Assembly: GCF_009914755.1 (NCBI RefSeq)
Contig: NC_060933.1
Origin: the human T2T-CHM13v2.0 reference genome, Homo sapiens
Reading direction: 5' to 3' (one strand)
DNA: 64,000 nucleotides
The notes beneath the pieces are model-generated. The model searched no databases. It had not been told where the DNA came from and saw only the letters and a program-made list of their open reading frames with translations. Positions 45,289 through 64,000 of this stretch are shown in pieces (position 1 is the first letter of the stretch; the number at the start of each line of letters is the position of its first letter). The position numbers were made by a program, and so were the translations under genes.

Positions 45289-47327
45289 TGGATCTTTCCA
45301 GTATTTAGGATCCCATTCCTTAAGTGGGGCTGGGAAAGAGGGGATGTAGGAATGGGGAGGAATCTGACTTCAACAATTGATGTGGGTTTGAGAACCTTGG
45401 ATCCACCCCCTAAGTACTGACATGCAAAGAAACAGCATGAAAAGGAAAAAACATTTAAGGGTTGCTGGACCTCAGTGAAAAGGCAGAGGTTTATATGGTT
45501 TGTAATACATGAGGAGCTTCACATTTCCTCTTTCAAAGAAGAGGAAAACAGTAGCATTTTGTGTGTGTGTGTGTGTCTGTTTATTTGGAAGAGTTGATTC
45601 TCAGTCATTGATACTAAATGTAAATTCCAGAAGTTCAAATGACAATATCTGGTGACTCCTTTACAAACCATAGGACAGGAGTAGGCACCTGTCAGAAATA
45701 AGGCAAGTTTTAACTTTTTAAAAATTGTGCAGGATGTCACCGTATTTTCAAAGGATTTATGACACGTGCTCGAGTGATAAAGATCTGCTCATATAAAAGT
45801 TAACATAAAGCTCCATTTTCCATTGTTTTCATATGGAGAAAGTGTTTTGAATTCCAAAAAGTGTTTTTCCCCCAAACAATTTGAAATATCTCTGCCAACA
45901 ATGGGATGGTACACTTCATTTGCCTCCACAGTTGTGTTCCTGAAATACAAATTACGTTTTTTATAACTCAAATTGAATATTAACATTCCCAGACTCCCCA
46001 TTATGTAAAGAAATTGGTACATGTATGCTAAAAGCAGAGCATACATAGATTATACATTGTTTCAATAATAGAGAATAATAGAGGAACTGAGGCACAAGAG
46101 AATAAGTGACCCCAGAACACCAACAGACAATGATAGCTCTGGGAACAGACACAGGATTTTTGACTCCCAGCCAGAACCATGAAAAATATACCAACTTCCC
46201 TTCCTAAAGCAGAGCACATTTTTATGATTGACTATAGATTTAAAACCTTTAAAAAATGGTCTTTTTATCCTCTAAGGCATTGTTTCAAACATGAAGTACC
46301 TGGAAAATTATTTCAACTGTGCACTTTGTTGTGTCCTATGTTGACCCAGGCTTGATTATCAACAGGTTTTGTTTTGTTTTAATATTTGATTAAGTCTCCA
46401 TCCTAGATGGAGTATTTAGATTTGCTACTTTTTAACTCATGGATTAGCTCTGCACTTGGGGAATCTTTGGACAGCATCAAACCCACCTACAGAATTCTGT
46501 GATTTAATTTCACTTATGAATTTAAAGGGCTTACAGCTGCCTTCACAGTTAAATGAGGATATACGGAGATGTTGCCCTCCCTGGCAGAGACAATTCCCCA
46601 AACAGCAGGACTTCTGCACTCTCAGGCATAGATAGTTTGACCAAGGAGAGTGAAACTAGCACACACAAACACAAACATGTCATCTGAGACTTTCAGAAAA
46701 TGGGGATCCTGAGGGAAATCTTAGAGCATAAATTACTTCGCAGGCTTGTTTTTTTGTTTTTTGTTTTGTTTTGTTTGCTAGATCTTGGTTGAAAGAGATT
46801 TGTGTTCTTTCCAGATGCACAGCTGTGGAGTCTCTGGGGGAATTTCTTGCTCTTTTTCATTTTTGCATATCAACCAAAAACTGAGATCTAAGCACCAAAT
46901 GTAATATCACAAACCCCACAGATGATGTGCGTGGGTTTTTCAAAGGAGACTAGACAGGGAGCTGATTAAAATCCAAGCTGGGGATTCTGAGGGCTATGCT
47001 GCACCACGGGTAGCAGGGTGAGAGGCAAGACAGCTGAACAGGTGGGATAAGGCCTTTGTTTTGTGGTTGTTTTTGTTGTCATTGCTGTTTGTTCAGTTCT
47101 CACTGTGGCTCTAACCGTTAGTATAAACTTGGCCAAATTAATGGGTCTTTTGTTATCTCAGTTACGCTGGTGAAATAAATATTTGTTACATGAAAAAAAT
47201 TAATAAACAAACCATAGATTAATTTTTGCTTTACTTGTAATTAGGTATGTGACCTTAGCCAAGTGATTTGATCTCTACTCCTTTATTTCTCTATCTCGTA
47301 AGTTAGTCTAAAATTTATCCTGGTTCC

Positions 47328-47639
<312 letters not shown>

Positions 47640-47926
47640 TGAAGGAAGAGGAGGAGTGAACTAAATATTCTCACCTTGCTTTTCTCCTTCCCTCTTGTCT
47701 CCTGGTAAGGCTCCTACTGGCCAAACCCAACAGAACACCATAAGGCAAGAGAATCGGTTTGTGAAATCCACACAGGTTTGCCTCCTGGGGAAGGCAGCAG
47801 GGTGGAAAAGGATGGAGAATGTACAGTGAGGAGCAAAGAACCCGGCCGACCTACTCTAGTGTTCACCAGAAAGAGCTGCAGTAGGGGCAGGAAGAGTGAG
47901 ACTTACCCAGACATAAATGTTGATGT

Positions 47927-48249
<323 letters not shown>

Positions 48250-48662
48250 ATTTTGAAGTCCAACAGTTAGCCCCAAAATACCTGTCCAAACACCAAGAGC
48301 CCTTAATACTTACCATATGTTTTGGTATCCTTTTTATCAACTCTTATCTATAAAATATCTATTTTTAAAGTAACTTTAAGAAAATGTCTTCCTTCATGCT
48401 CTAGTCTAGGATCTAGAAATTAACATGTTACTGTTTTTTGTCTAAAAACATTGTTTAAAATGTTCAGTGAAATGACCCGTGCAAGTTTCATCTCAAACCC
48501 ATCATTTCAAACTAGGCTAAACTATGCTGCTACATTTACCAAGGCAGGATGTAGTCAATTACTAGCTTTCTCATTAAAGTACTGAGAACTTACAAAAAGA
48601 AAAAAACAATACTCTACAACCTTGTAGCACCCATTAACAAAGCACTTAGCAGCCTCATATCA

Positions 48663-48967
<305 letters not shown>

Positions 48968-49343
48968 CATATCCTTTCTATTCAAAGCACTTTACCATTC
49001 TTTTATTAGAGATTCCGTTCATTATCTATTCAAAGTAGAGCAAAGTTTGTTTTGTTTCCTTTTCTCCCTTAAGTTACTAAGGAAGAAAGTTAATTTTGTC
49101 CTTAAGTTACTAAGTTTTAAGGGAAAACCCATTAGGTGACTGCCTAAGGTCATGCAACAGAACAAAGGTGAGAGATAGAAGAAATCTGGGAATATAATTA
49201 ATGTTAAACAACAATAATACCTCAAATGGCAGCTTCTGAAACCAAGCTCAGGACTATGGCTAATGGAATATAGTTTCTACTGATTCAGAAAACAAATCGA
49301 ATATGGGTTTTGAATGGCCAGAGAGCTCTCTAGTTACAGAGCT

Positions 49344-49737
49344 TGTATTAGTGAAAATAGGCTAAGCTATGCTGCTCTAACAAGCAGATTCTGATCTCAG
49401 AGTGGGTAACACACACAGAGCCATTTTTTTCTCCCCAACAAAATCTGCTGGAGAGTGGCCTCTTTCCAGGGCAGCTCCCATCCAAGTGGTAAGTCAGGTT
49501 TCTAAGCATTTCGTTTTTTAATTATGTCATCTGGAACATGTGACTTCCAAGTTGCCACAGCGGAGGAAGGGAGAGCTGGAAGGCTGCACTTAAACGCTTG
49601 AGCCCAGAAGTGACACACATCACTTCCACTTAACAGCCATTGGTCAGAACTAGTTACATGGCCCTACTTATAGGCGGGAGCTGGAAAGTGTGTCAGACCA
49701 CATGATTTGTTGGTGAGAGATAAATGTCTCTGCTACA
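49344..49737 (-). mobile_element. MLT1 (J/K-like) LTR
   Basis: TGTATTAG..AGGCTAAGCTATGCTGC..CACATCACTTCCAC..CATTGGTCAGAACTAGT. Confidence 0.6.
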
Positions 49738-49829
49738 GTCCTATCTATAACTACTTATGTAGGCAGAATAGGGGTTGCAGAAGTGGATGAAGGAGACTCC
49801 TTAGGTACATAAGAAAAGGTTACTTTTTA

Positions 49830-50123
49830 GGCAGGGCGCAATGGTTCACGTCTATAATCCCAGCACTTTGGGAGGCCGAGGCAGGCTGATCACGAGTTCA
49901 GGAGATCGAGACCATCCTGGCTAACATGGTGAAACCCCAGCTCTTCTAAAAATACAAAAAATTAGCCGGGCGTAGTGGCTGGCGCCTGTAGTCCCAGCTA
50001 CTCGGGAGGCTTGAACCCGGGAGGTGGAAGTTGCAGTGAGCTGAGATCGCGCCACTGCACTCTAGTCTGGGCGACGGATTGAGACTCCATCTCAAAAAAA
50101 AAAAAGAAAGAAAGAAAAGAAAA
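49830..50123 (+). mobile_element. AluY/Sc with a short right-arm deletion
   Basis: GGGAGGC joined to TTGAACCC; TSD GAAAAGRTTACTTTTTAG. Confidence 0.92.
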
Positions 50124-50359
50124 GATTACTTTTTAGTAAAAGAGTCTTGTTCTCTCTACCTTCCCAGGGATCTGAACTTTCTTACAAAAGAAGGTTAAAA
50201 TGGATGTGCTCATTAGTGTAACATCATTATTGAATATCATTCAGGGATGTAGCTAAAGGAAATATGAGGTAATGGCAAGAGCACAGGATTCAGAATCAGA
50301 TACTATAGCCTCAACTCTACCATGTCACCATGAGGATATTGCTGATCTTCTTTGAGCAT

Positions 50360-50468
50360 GTTTTCTTTTTCCTTTTTTTAGGGACAGGATCACACTCTGT
50401 CACCCAGGCTGGAGTACAGGTGGCACAATCATAGCTCATTGCATCCTCAAATGCCTGGGCTCAAGCAA
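50360..50468 (-). mobile_element. Partial AluJ/FRAM right arm
   Basis: CACCCAGGCTGGAGTACAG..GGCTCAAGC. Confidence 0.75.
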
Positions 50469-50660
50469 ACATCAGTTTTCTTATCTGTGAAATGAGGATA
50501 AAAATGTCTCCACTTAAGGGTTGTTGCAAGGAAGGTGTTGCCTTAGTCATAAAAGCTAGGGAAGGTGTTCCTAACGAAAAACAATTCGTCAGAGACATGA
50601 AGGTAGAGGAAGAATTCACACATGAAGGGGGCTGGGGAAAATGATTTAAGAAAAGAAACA

Positions 50661-50991
<331 letters not shown>

Positions 50992-51499
50992 TCAAGTAGA
51001 AAGACTGAAGGAAAGTTACAGTAGTGGTGTATAAGAGGGAGATTAAACATCAACCTTGCAAGCCGTGTTCAAAATTTTGGTCTTCATCCTAACAATGAAA
51101 GGAAGATCTTAATGGAGATCTCTTAGGTTCTAAATAAAGGGAATGATAAGATCTGACTTGTGTTTTAAAAAGATTTCCCAGGTTGCAGTGAAGAGAATCC
51201 ATTAGTAGGGAAGAGTAATGTCAAAGATACCAATCAAGAGGCCATTGGAGTAAATCAACTGATGAGTTTGGATGAAGTAGGTGTAGAGAAAGATAAGATG
51301 AAGAAAGGTATTTAAAAGGTAAAATTAATAGGACTTGATGGGAAATGGGATATAGGGTGTTAGGAAAAGGGAGGTGTCAAGAATTGCTGCTAGGTTTTTG
51401 GCTTGCTTAAGTGGATGAACAGTACATTATTCCCCGAAATTAACCCTGTAAGAAGATCAGGCTTGGGATATGGGAGGAAGATCAAGAATTTACTTTTGG

Positions 51500-51964
51500 A
51501 CACATGCACATGTATGTTTATTGCAACACTGTTCACAATAGCAAAGACTTGGAGCCAACCCAAATGCCCATCAATGATAGACTGGATAAAGAAAATGTGG
51601 CACATATACACCATGGAATACTATGCAGCCATAAAAAGTGATGAGTTCATGTCCTTTGCAGGGACATGGATGAAGCTGGAAACCATCATTCTGAGCAAAC
51701 TATCACAAGGACAGAAAACCAAACACTGCATGTTCTCACTCATAAGTAGGAGTTGAACAATGAGAACACATGGACACAGTGAGGGGAACATCACACACCG
51801 ACTTGTCAGGGGGTGGGGGGAAGGGGAGGGATAGCATTAGGAGAAATACCTAATGTAGATGACGGGTTGATGGGGACAGCAAACCACTGTGGCATGTGTA
51901 TACCTATGTAACAAACCTGCACATTCTGCACATGTATCCCAGAACTTAAAGTACAATAAAAAAA
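51500..51964 (+). mobile_element. 5'-truncated L1PA (about PA5-7) 3' end
   Basis: Encodes the ORF2 C-terminus DTCTCMFIATLFTIAKTWSQPKCPSMIDWIKKMWHIYTMEYYAAIK, then the G-rich 3'UTR and AATAAA plus A tail. Confidence 0.95.
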
Positions 51965-52719
51965 TTTTTAATGATATATTTTTGCATTCCTTTACTTGCC
52001 ACTTTTTTTTGTATATTTTTAGATGTATCCCCTATAAGCAGAATGTTATTGGATTTTGTTGTCTTTTTTAAACCAAGTCTGACAATTAAAAAGTTCACTT
52101 TCGGCTATGGTGAAATTTCGTTCCTTTGAGTAATTCAAGTGGAGATGACAGGAGTAAATATCTCTAATGTGTAAAATGCCTGATTTTCCTGGTGCACAGT
52201 ACACAAAAATCAGTGACCATTATTATTGCCATTATTTTTATTTCTATTATGACTTTCAGGGACTTTCACAACTGGTGTCCAGTTTACCTGCTTAGACTAA
52301 AATAGTATTATTTGCTTTCAGTCATAATTTGCCATTCTATTTTCATCTATTCTATTTCAATTTACCAATTATTTATGGTCCAATTTAGATGTCACTCTCT
52401 CCATGCATAAAGCCTTTGCTTATTCTCAAAAAATCTTCAGCCTCTGAAATCCTGTAAAATTTTGTGGTTCCCAAATACTAGTTCCTGGCGTTATTCCAAA
52501 TTGAGCTATCCTGACTGGAACCTCTTGTCCTTCTAGTTATTACACTCTCTTATCCCCTCCTAGACAAATTTTGGGTCTCCAGTTTCTACATTCCCTCTGT
52601 TTTCCCTATCAGCATCCCTCCCATCTTCCCTTTCTTCCTTACCCATTATTTCAACAACATTCTTGTCAATACTTTCAACCTCTTTGTTTTTCAGTCCTTC
52701 TATTACAATTGTCTAGCAA

Positions 52720-53112
<393 letters not shown>

Positions 53113-53143
53113 TCACACTATGATGAGAACAACTATATGGTAC

Positions 53144-53775
53144 TGTTATTGGAAAGGGATCCTGATCCAGACCCCAAAAGAGGGTTCTTGGACCTCATGC
53201 AAGAAAGAATTCGGGATGAGTGCATAGATTAAAGTGAAAGCAAATTTAAGAAAGTAAAGGAATAAAAGAATGGCTACTCCATAGGCAGAGCAGCAGCATG
53301 GGCTGCTGGTTGGCTATTTTTATGGTTATTTCATGATTATGTGCTAAACAAGGGGTGGATTATTCATGAGTTTACTGGGAAAGGGGTGGGCAATTCCTGG
53401 AACCGAGAGTTCCTCCCGCTTTTAGACCGTATAGGGTAACTTCCAAACATTGCCATGACATCTGTAAACTGTCATGGTGCTGGTGGGAGTGTCTTTTACC
53501 ATGATAATGCATTATCATTGGCATATAATGAGCAGTGAAAATGAGCAGAGGTCACCTTTGTCACCATCTTGGTTTTGGTGGGTTTTGGCCAGCTTCTTTA
53601 CCACATGCCATTTTATCAGCAAAGTCTTTGTGACCTGTATCTTGTGCTGAACTCCAGTCTCATCCTTGTGACTTAGAATGCCTAACCTCTTGGGAACACA
53701 GCCCTGTAGCTCTCAGCCTTATTTTACCCAGCCCCTATTCAAGATGGAGTCACTCTGGTTCAAACGCCTCTGTCA
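53144..53775 (-). mobile_element. MER41B-type ERV1 solo LTR
   Basis: TG...CA termini, 4-bp TSD GTAC (53140-53143, 53776-53779), 632 bp. Reverse complement starts TGACAGAGGCGTTTGAACCAGAGTGACTCCATCTTGAATAGGGGCTGGG, as in MER41. Confidence 0.88.
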
Positions 53776-54289
53776 GTACAACATAAATTTGTATTAAGGC
53801 TCCTATGAAGAACTCATTTCTTTCCTACTGTCAAGCAATTCTTCTAAGTTTCCCTAGATTTCCAACATGCAACCTCCCCACACCCTTGCAGTCAGCAGAC
53901 GACCTTGCTTTTACAGACAAAAAAAAGAAGGCTCCAGATGAGGCCTAATGTAATTCCCGGTGTGAATTCATGAACACAGCTGAATCTATACTTACTCTCT
54001 CTTAATGTTCTCAAATCATAATGGGAGAAATTGTCCCCTCACTGTAGGGCTACTTGTTATATAAACTCCATCTCCATTTCCACTCCAACCACCACCTTCA
54101 GGAATTGGACCTTCTCTCCATTATCATCAGTGTCTTCCTCTGTACTAGCTCCTCCCTGTTAGCATTTAAACACGCCCAAATCTGTCCCACCTTTAAGGCA
54201 AAACAAAAACACTCCCTTGCAGTCACACAAACATCCCTTGCAGTCCTGTATCTTCTCTGCCCTACTCCCTCTCCATCTCCATCTGTCTC

Positions 54290-55497
<1,208 letters not shown>

Positions 55498-55555
55498 TCA
55501 AGGCCACCATTATCTCTTTAATAGTCTTTCAGTTGATCTCCTCACCTTGCCGCCT

Positions 55556-56005
55556 ATTGCAGAGACTGATAGTTATACCCAAGGCCTATTCTCCCATCTT
55601 CTTTTGCTACTAGAACTGAGCCCCATGCCTCCCAGTTAGAGGCCACATTTCCCAGTCTCCCTGGCAGCCCTACGTGACCAAGCTACAACATCACCTGGCA
55701 TTGTTCTAGTCAACAGTCTGAGAGTGGGCGTGATATGAGCACCGTTGATGCTCCTCCTCTTTCCTCCTTCTGTGACTTTGCTGCAGTTTGGTTATAAGTA
55801 GATGAGATGGTGCTGAATCAGGTTCAACTTTGCAGGTAAAGGGAGCACAATAGGGAATTGAAGAGCTACAAGATAAAAGGAATCCTGTCCTCTCCAACTG
55901 CTTGCCATCTCAATCTTTTATATGAAAGAGAAATAAACCATTTTTATTTTTGGAATCCCAGTTATTTGGCTTCTGTTAAAATAACTAAGCCAATATCCTA
56001 AGTAC
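55556..56005 (+). mobile_element. MLT1 (J-like) LTR
   Basis: CACATTTCCCAGTCTCCC..GAGAAATAAACC. Confidence 0.5.
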
Positions 56006-57188
56006 TAATTCCTTCTTTTTCCCAACCAGAATCCTTCTTCTGCAATCCAACTAAAATGATCTTATTACCCTGCAAATATGACCAGTCATTCCCTTGGTCT
56101 TATTCGTTTTTGTAGTCTTCAGAGGGCTTAGTATATGATCTTGTTTATAGCAAGTATTCAAGAATATTGATTATTGGTAAATTATAAAGTTTATTTTCTA
56201 GTGGTACCTAAATTGTTAAAAATAATTGACTTTTAATTGTATGTGACACAGCATAGTCAGTGGATGAGGTAGCAGCTTAAGGCTTCCACAGCTTCTGAAA
56301 TCACCCCAACATAGGCAGCATCCCCCAACTCCATTATCCAATAACCAACGGATCAGCAAACTCTCTGATGCTGAGTCTTATTCACAAGGATGAAGTTCCC
56401 GTGTGTGTCACTTACCACCCTAAATGAAAGGAAGAGAAAGAAATAGAGAGAGAGATGAAAGGAGAGAACAACGGGGGAACGGGGAAGGAGGAGAGAAAAC
56501 AGTATTGAACTTTGTTTAGTGAGAAGTAGCAGAAGGTCATTAGGAATTTATCCACAGTTACTTGGAAAGGTAGGCTGTATTTATGACCACTAAAAATTAA
56601 GCCGTAATAATGAGTCCAGGTGCTATATTTCTGCTAGGAAGGTGATCATTACAAGTTTAGATTCCGATTCAGCTAATGTTTGTTGAACTCCTACTGTGTG
56701 CTAAGAATTGTGCATGGGAAACCCTCCTGAAATAATTCAGTGTTGAAATTCCACTTGCCCTCTAGGAAGGGTTTCTTGACTACCCAAGACTTGGCAAAAT
56801 CTTCAAGAACAAGACTGTGTTATAAACCTCTCCATTATCTCTTTAATAGTCTTTTAATTGATCTCTTTGCCTCGTCTTGCAAATCTTCTCGAGTTCTAAT
56901 CAGCTCAACTCGCAGAGCTGGGCTAAAATAAAAACTGTGTCAGAAATAGTGTCAGAAATTCCATCAAGTTTAGAGCTGCCTCCTCTCCCAAATGTATGTT
57001 TTTCAAAGCTTTGCTAATTTTTCTCCCAGTGTACAGCATCATAAATTTGATAAACATGAATCATCAGTGAGACTCTATCAGAGAGTGCCATCAATAATGT
57101 AGTTGTTTTTCACAAAGCACTGCATTACACTTGACATTTGGAAATGAAATCCACGTTTTTGTGTGACATACGGAACAAATTGCACTAG

Positions 57189-57674
<486 letters not shown>

Positions 57675-58139
57675 TGAAGCTTTTAAGTGGTACAAGCGCT
57701 TGTTGTCTTTCCCATGGATTGTAGTACTCATGGCAGAGAACAAAGCAACAAGTATTAAGGCAATGTAAATAATCAAACTTCACCCACTCACTGAATAAAA
57801 TGCACTATACTTTCAAAAAATTGATCTCACTTTAAACCCCACTGAAGTTTGAATACTCAATACCTGTTGATCTAAACAGAAGAAACACCTGAAGCCTTGA
57901 GGCATAGTAGCTTTCTGAAGAACAAAAAAACAGATTAATATTTCACATGGAAAGAATTTTTCAAGTTCTCTAAACAAGTGAGATAGCTCACATTTACCTC
58001 CAGCATGGGTCTTTTGAGTTCCATTGGACAGAAGGGTATCAGTTAAATTGTAAACATCACACACCTGCTTCCATGGTTAGCAAAAGCAGCATACTATAAA
58101 AAACAATGAGATCTCCAAATCTGGAAGATAAAATAAAAT

Positions 58140-58345
58140 ATAATAACAGCTGTTAACATTTCTTAAGCATTTATGACACAATAACACTGTACTAAATATT
58201 TCATCGGGATAATGAAATGTTTTTTATCACATCAACCCTTTGAGACGGGTGCTCTTGCCCTATTTTACAGATGAAGAAAAGGAGGTCTAGAGAGGTTACC
58301 AATGTTGCACAATTAGGAAGAGGTGAAGTAAGGATTTAAACACAA
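58140..58345 (-). mobile_element. MIR
   Basis: TTTTACAGATGAAGAAA..AGAGAGGTTA. Confidence 0.6.
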
Positions 58346-58351
58346 TATAAC

Positions 58352-58648
<297 letters not shown>

Positions 58649-58652
58649 CTAA

Positions 58653-60631
<1,979 letters not shown>

Positions 60632-60646
60632 TGGATTAATTTTTTT

Positions 60647-62146
60647 TTTTTTTAATTGATCATTCTTGGGTGTTTCTCGCAGAGGGGGATTTGGCAGGGT
60701 CATAGGACAATAGCGGAGGGAAGGTCAGCAGATAAACAAGTGAACAAAGGTCTCTGGTTTTCCCAGGCAGAGGACCCTGCGGCCTTCCGCAATGTTTGTG
60801 TCCCTGGGTACTTGAGATTAGGGAGTGGTGATGACTCTTAATGAGCATGCTGCCTTCAAGCATCTGTTTAACAAAGCACATCTTGTACCGCCCTTAATCC
60901 ATTCAACCCTGAGTGGACACAGCACATGTTTCAGAGAGCACAGGGTTGGGGGTAAGGTCACAGATCAACAGAATCCCAAGGCAGAAGAATTTTTCTTAGT
61001 ACAGAAGAAAATGAAAAGTCTCCCATGTCTACTTCTTTCTACACAGACACGGCAACCATCCAATTTCTCAATCTTTTCCCCACCTTTCCCCCATTTCTAT
61101 TCCACAAAACCGCCATTGTCATCATGGCCCGTTCTCAATGAGCTGTGGGGCACACCTCCCAGACGGGGTGGTGGCCGGGCAGAGGGGCTCCTCACTTCCC
61201 AGTAGGGGCGGCCGGGCAGAGGCGCCCCTCACCTCCCGGACGGGGCGGCTGGCCGGGCGGGGGGCTGACCCCCACCTCCATCCCGGACGGGGTGGCTGCC
61301 GGGCGGAGAAGCTCCTCACTTCCCAGACGGGGTGGCTGCCGGGCGGAGGGTCTCCTCACTTCTCAGATGGGGCGGCCAGGCAGAGACGCTCCTCACCTCC
61401 CAAACGGGGTAGCGGCCGGGCAGAGGCGCTCCTCACATCCCAGACGGGGCGGCGGGGCAGAGGCACTCCCCACATCTCAGACAATGGGCGGCCGGGCAGA
61501 GACGCTCCTCACTTCCTAGATGGGATGGCGGCAGGGAAGAGGCGCTCCTCACTTCCTAGATGGGATGGCGGCCGGGCAGAGACGCTCCTCACTTTCCAGA
61601 CTGGGCAGCCAGGCAGAGGGGCTCCTCACATCCCAGACGATGGGTGGCCAGGCAGAGACGCTCCTCACTTCCCAGATGGGGTGGCGGCTGGGCAGAGGCT
61701 GCAATCTCAGCACTTTGGGAGGCCAAGGCAGGCGGCTGGGAGGTGGAGGTTGTAGCGGGCCGAGATCACACCACTGCACTCCATCCTGGGCACCATTGAG
61801 CACTGAGTGAACGAGACTCCGTCTGCCATCCCGGCACCTCGGGAGGCCGAGGCTGGCGGATCACTCGCGGTTAGGAGCTGGAGACCAGCCTGGCCAACAC
61901 AGCAAAACCCCGTCTCCACCAAAAAAATACGAAAACCAGTCAGGAGTGGCGGCGCGCGCCTACAATCGCAGGCACTCGGCAGGCTGAGGCAGGAGAATCA
62001 GGCAGGGAGGTTGCAGTGAGCCGAGATGGCAGCAGTACAGTCCAGCTTCGGCTCAGCATCAGAGGGAGACCGTGGAAAGAGCGGGAGAGGGAGACCGTGG
62101 GGAGAGGGAGAGGGAGAGGGAGAGTGATATTCTTTAAAAATGGTGT
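60647..62146 (-). mobile_element. SVA retrotransposon, near full length (SVA_C/D-like)
   Basis: On + strand: T run, SINE-R (TTGATCATTCTTGGGTGTTTCTC...), GC VNTR (~61150-61700), Alu-like region, (GAGAGG)n hexamers to ~62124. 15-bp TSD TGGATTAATTTTTTT at 60632-60646 and 62147-62161. Confidence 0.96.
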
Positions 62147-62358
62147 TGGATTAATTTTTTTAAAATTAAAAAAGGCCCAATGATATTGTTCCAGTATCAT
62201 TTTGTTGAGAAGACTATCTTTTCTCTATTGCTTTGCCTTTGCTCCTTTGTGAAAGATCAGTTGACTATATTTGTGTGAGTCTATATCTGGTCTCTCTATT
62301 CTTCTCCACTGCTCTATTTGTCTGTTCTTTTACTAGTGCCACACTGTTTGATGACTGA

Positions 62359-62673
<315 letters not shown>

Positions 62674-62683
62674 TCTATAGTAA

Positions 62684-62991
<308 letters not shown>

Positions 62992-63325
62992 TGAAGTTGG
63001 AAAGTATTTATCCTCTGGCTTTTTTTTAGTCTTCTGACTTTGTTCTTCTCATTCAACATTTTGTTGCCTATTCTGGATCTTCTGCATCTCGTATAACCTT
63101 TAGAATCAATCAGTTTATTAACATTCACAAAATAACTTGCTGGAATTTTGATTAAAATTGTGTTGAATCTATTGATCACATGGGGAAGAACTGACATTTT
63201 AACAATATTGAGTCTTCCTCTCCATGAGTGTGAAATATGTCTTCATTAATTTAGTTCTTTGTTTTTTTTTACTATCAGAGTTTTGTATATAGAACTTGTA
63301 CATAGTTTGTTAAAGTTATATCTAT

Positions 63326-64000
<675 letters not shown>

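Noticed and set aside
51403-51756. 117-aa ORF with a reverse-transcriptase-protein-like C-terminus
   Set aside because: Only the last ~85 aa of L1 ORF2 in a 5'-truncated copy, fused by chance to L2 sequence.
60825-62200. Multiple 80-205 aa ORFs
   Set aside because: All derive from the SVA VNTR, Alu-like and SINE-R regions.

Overview
Human/hominid genomic DNA (about 45 Alu copies, L1, L2/MIR, MaLR and ERV LTRs, one SVA), centred on the intronless coding sequence of the forkhead gene FOXB2 (20172-21470, + strand, 432 aa; from memory 9q21.2). FOXB2 lies in a cluster of CpG islands spanning about 12 kb, inside a 16.7 kb zone with no dimeric Alu. About 6 kb upstream is an AT/TAAT-rich enhancer-like block, bordered by a CTCF motif and a 9-bp GC VNTR. 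The only other gene-derived sequence is a processed ATP5MF (ATP5J2) retrocopy at about 40.9-41.3 kb whose ORF is still open. The rest is repeat-dense intergenic DNA. I found no new multi-gene system. The most unusual signals are structural: (1) a ~340-bp inverted duplication spanning an MLT2/MER5 junction and flanking ~1.5 kb, which looks like the footprint of a staggered-break inversion, with a tail-to-tail Alu pair inside; (2) a probable L1 3' transduction; (3) an SVA carrying 22 extra nt at its 5' end; (4) a poly(A)-only insertion between 19-bp direct repeats; (5) a MER41B LTR that keeps one GAS motif; (6) a ~1 kb ATG-free FOXB2 leader with an in-frame CTG in strong context. Repeat subfamily calls come from remembered consensus features, and boundaries are approximate (+/-10-20 bp).
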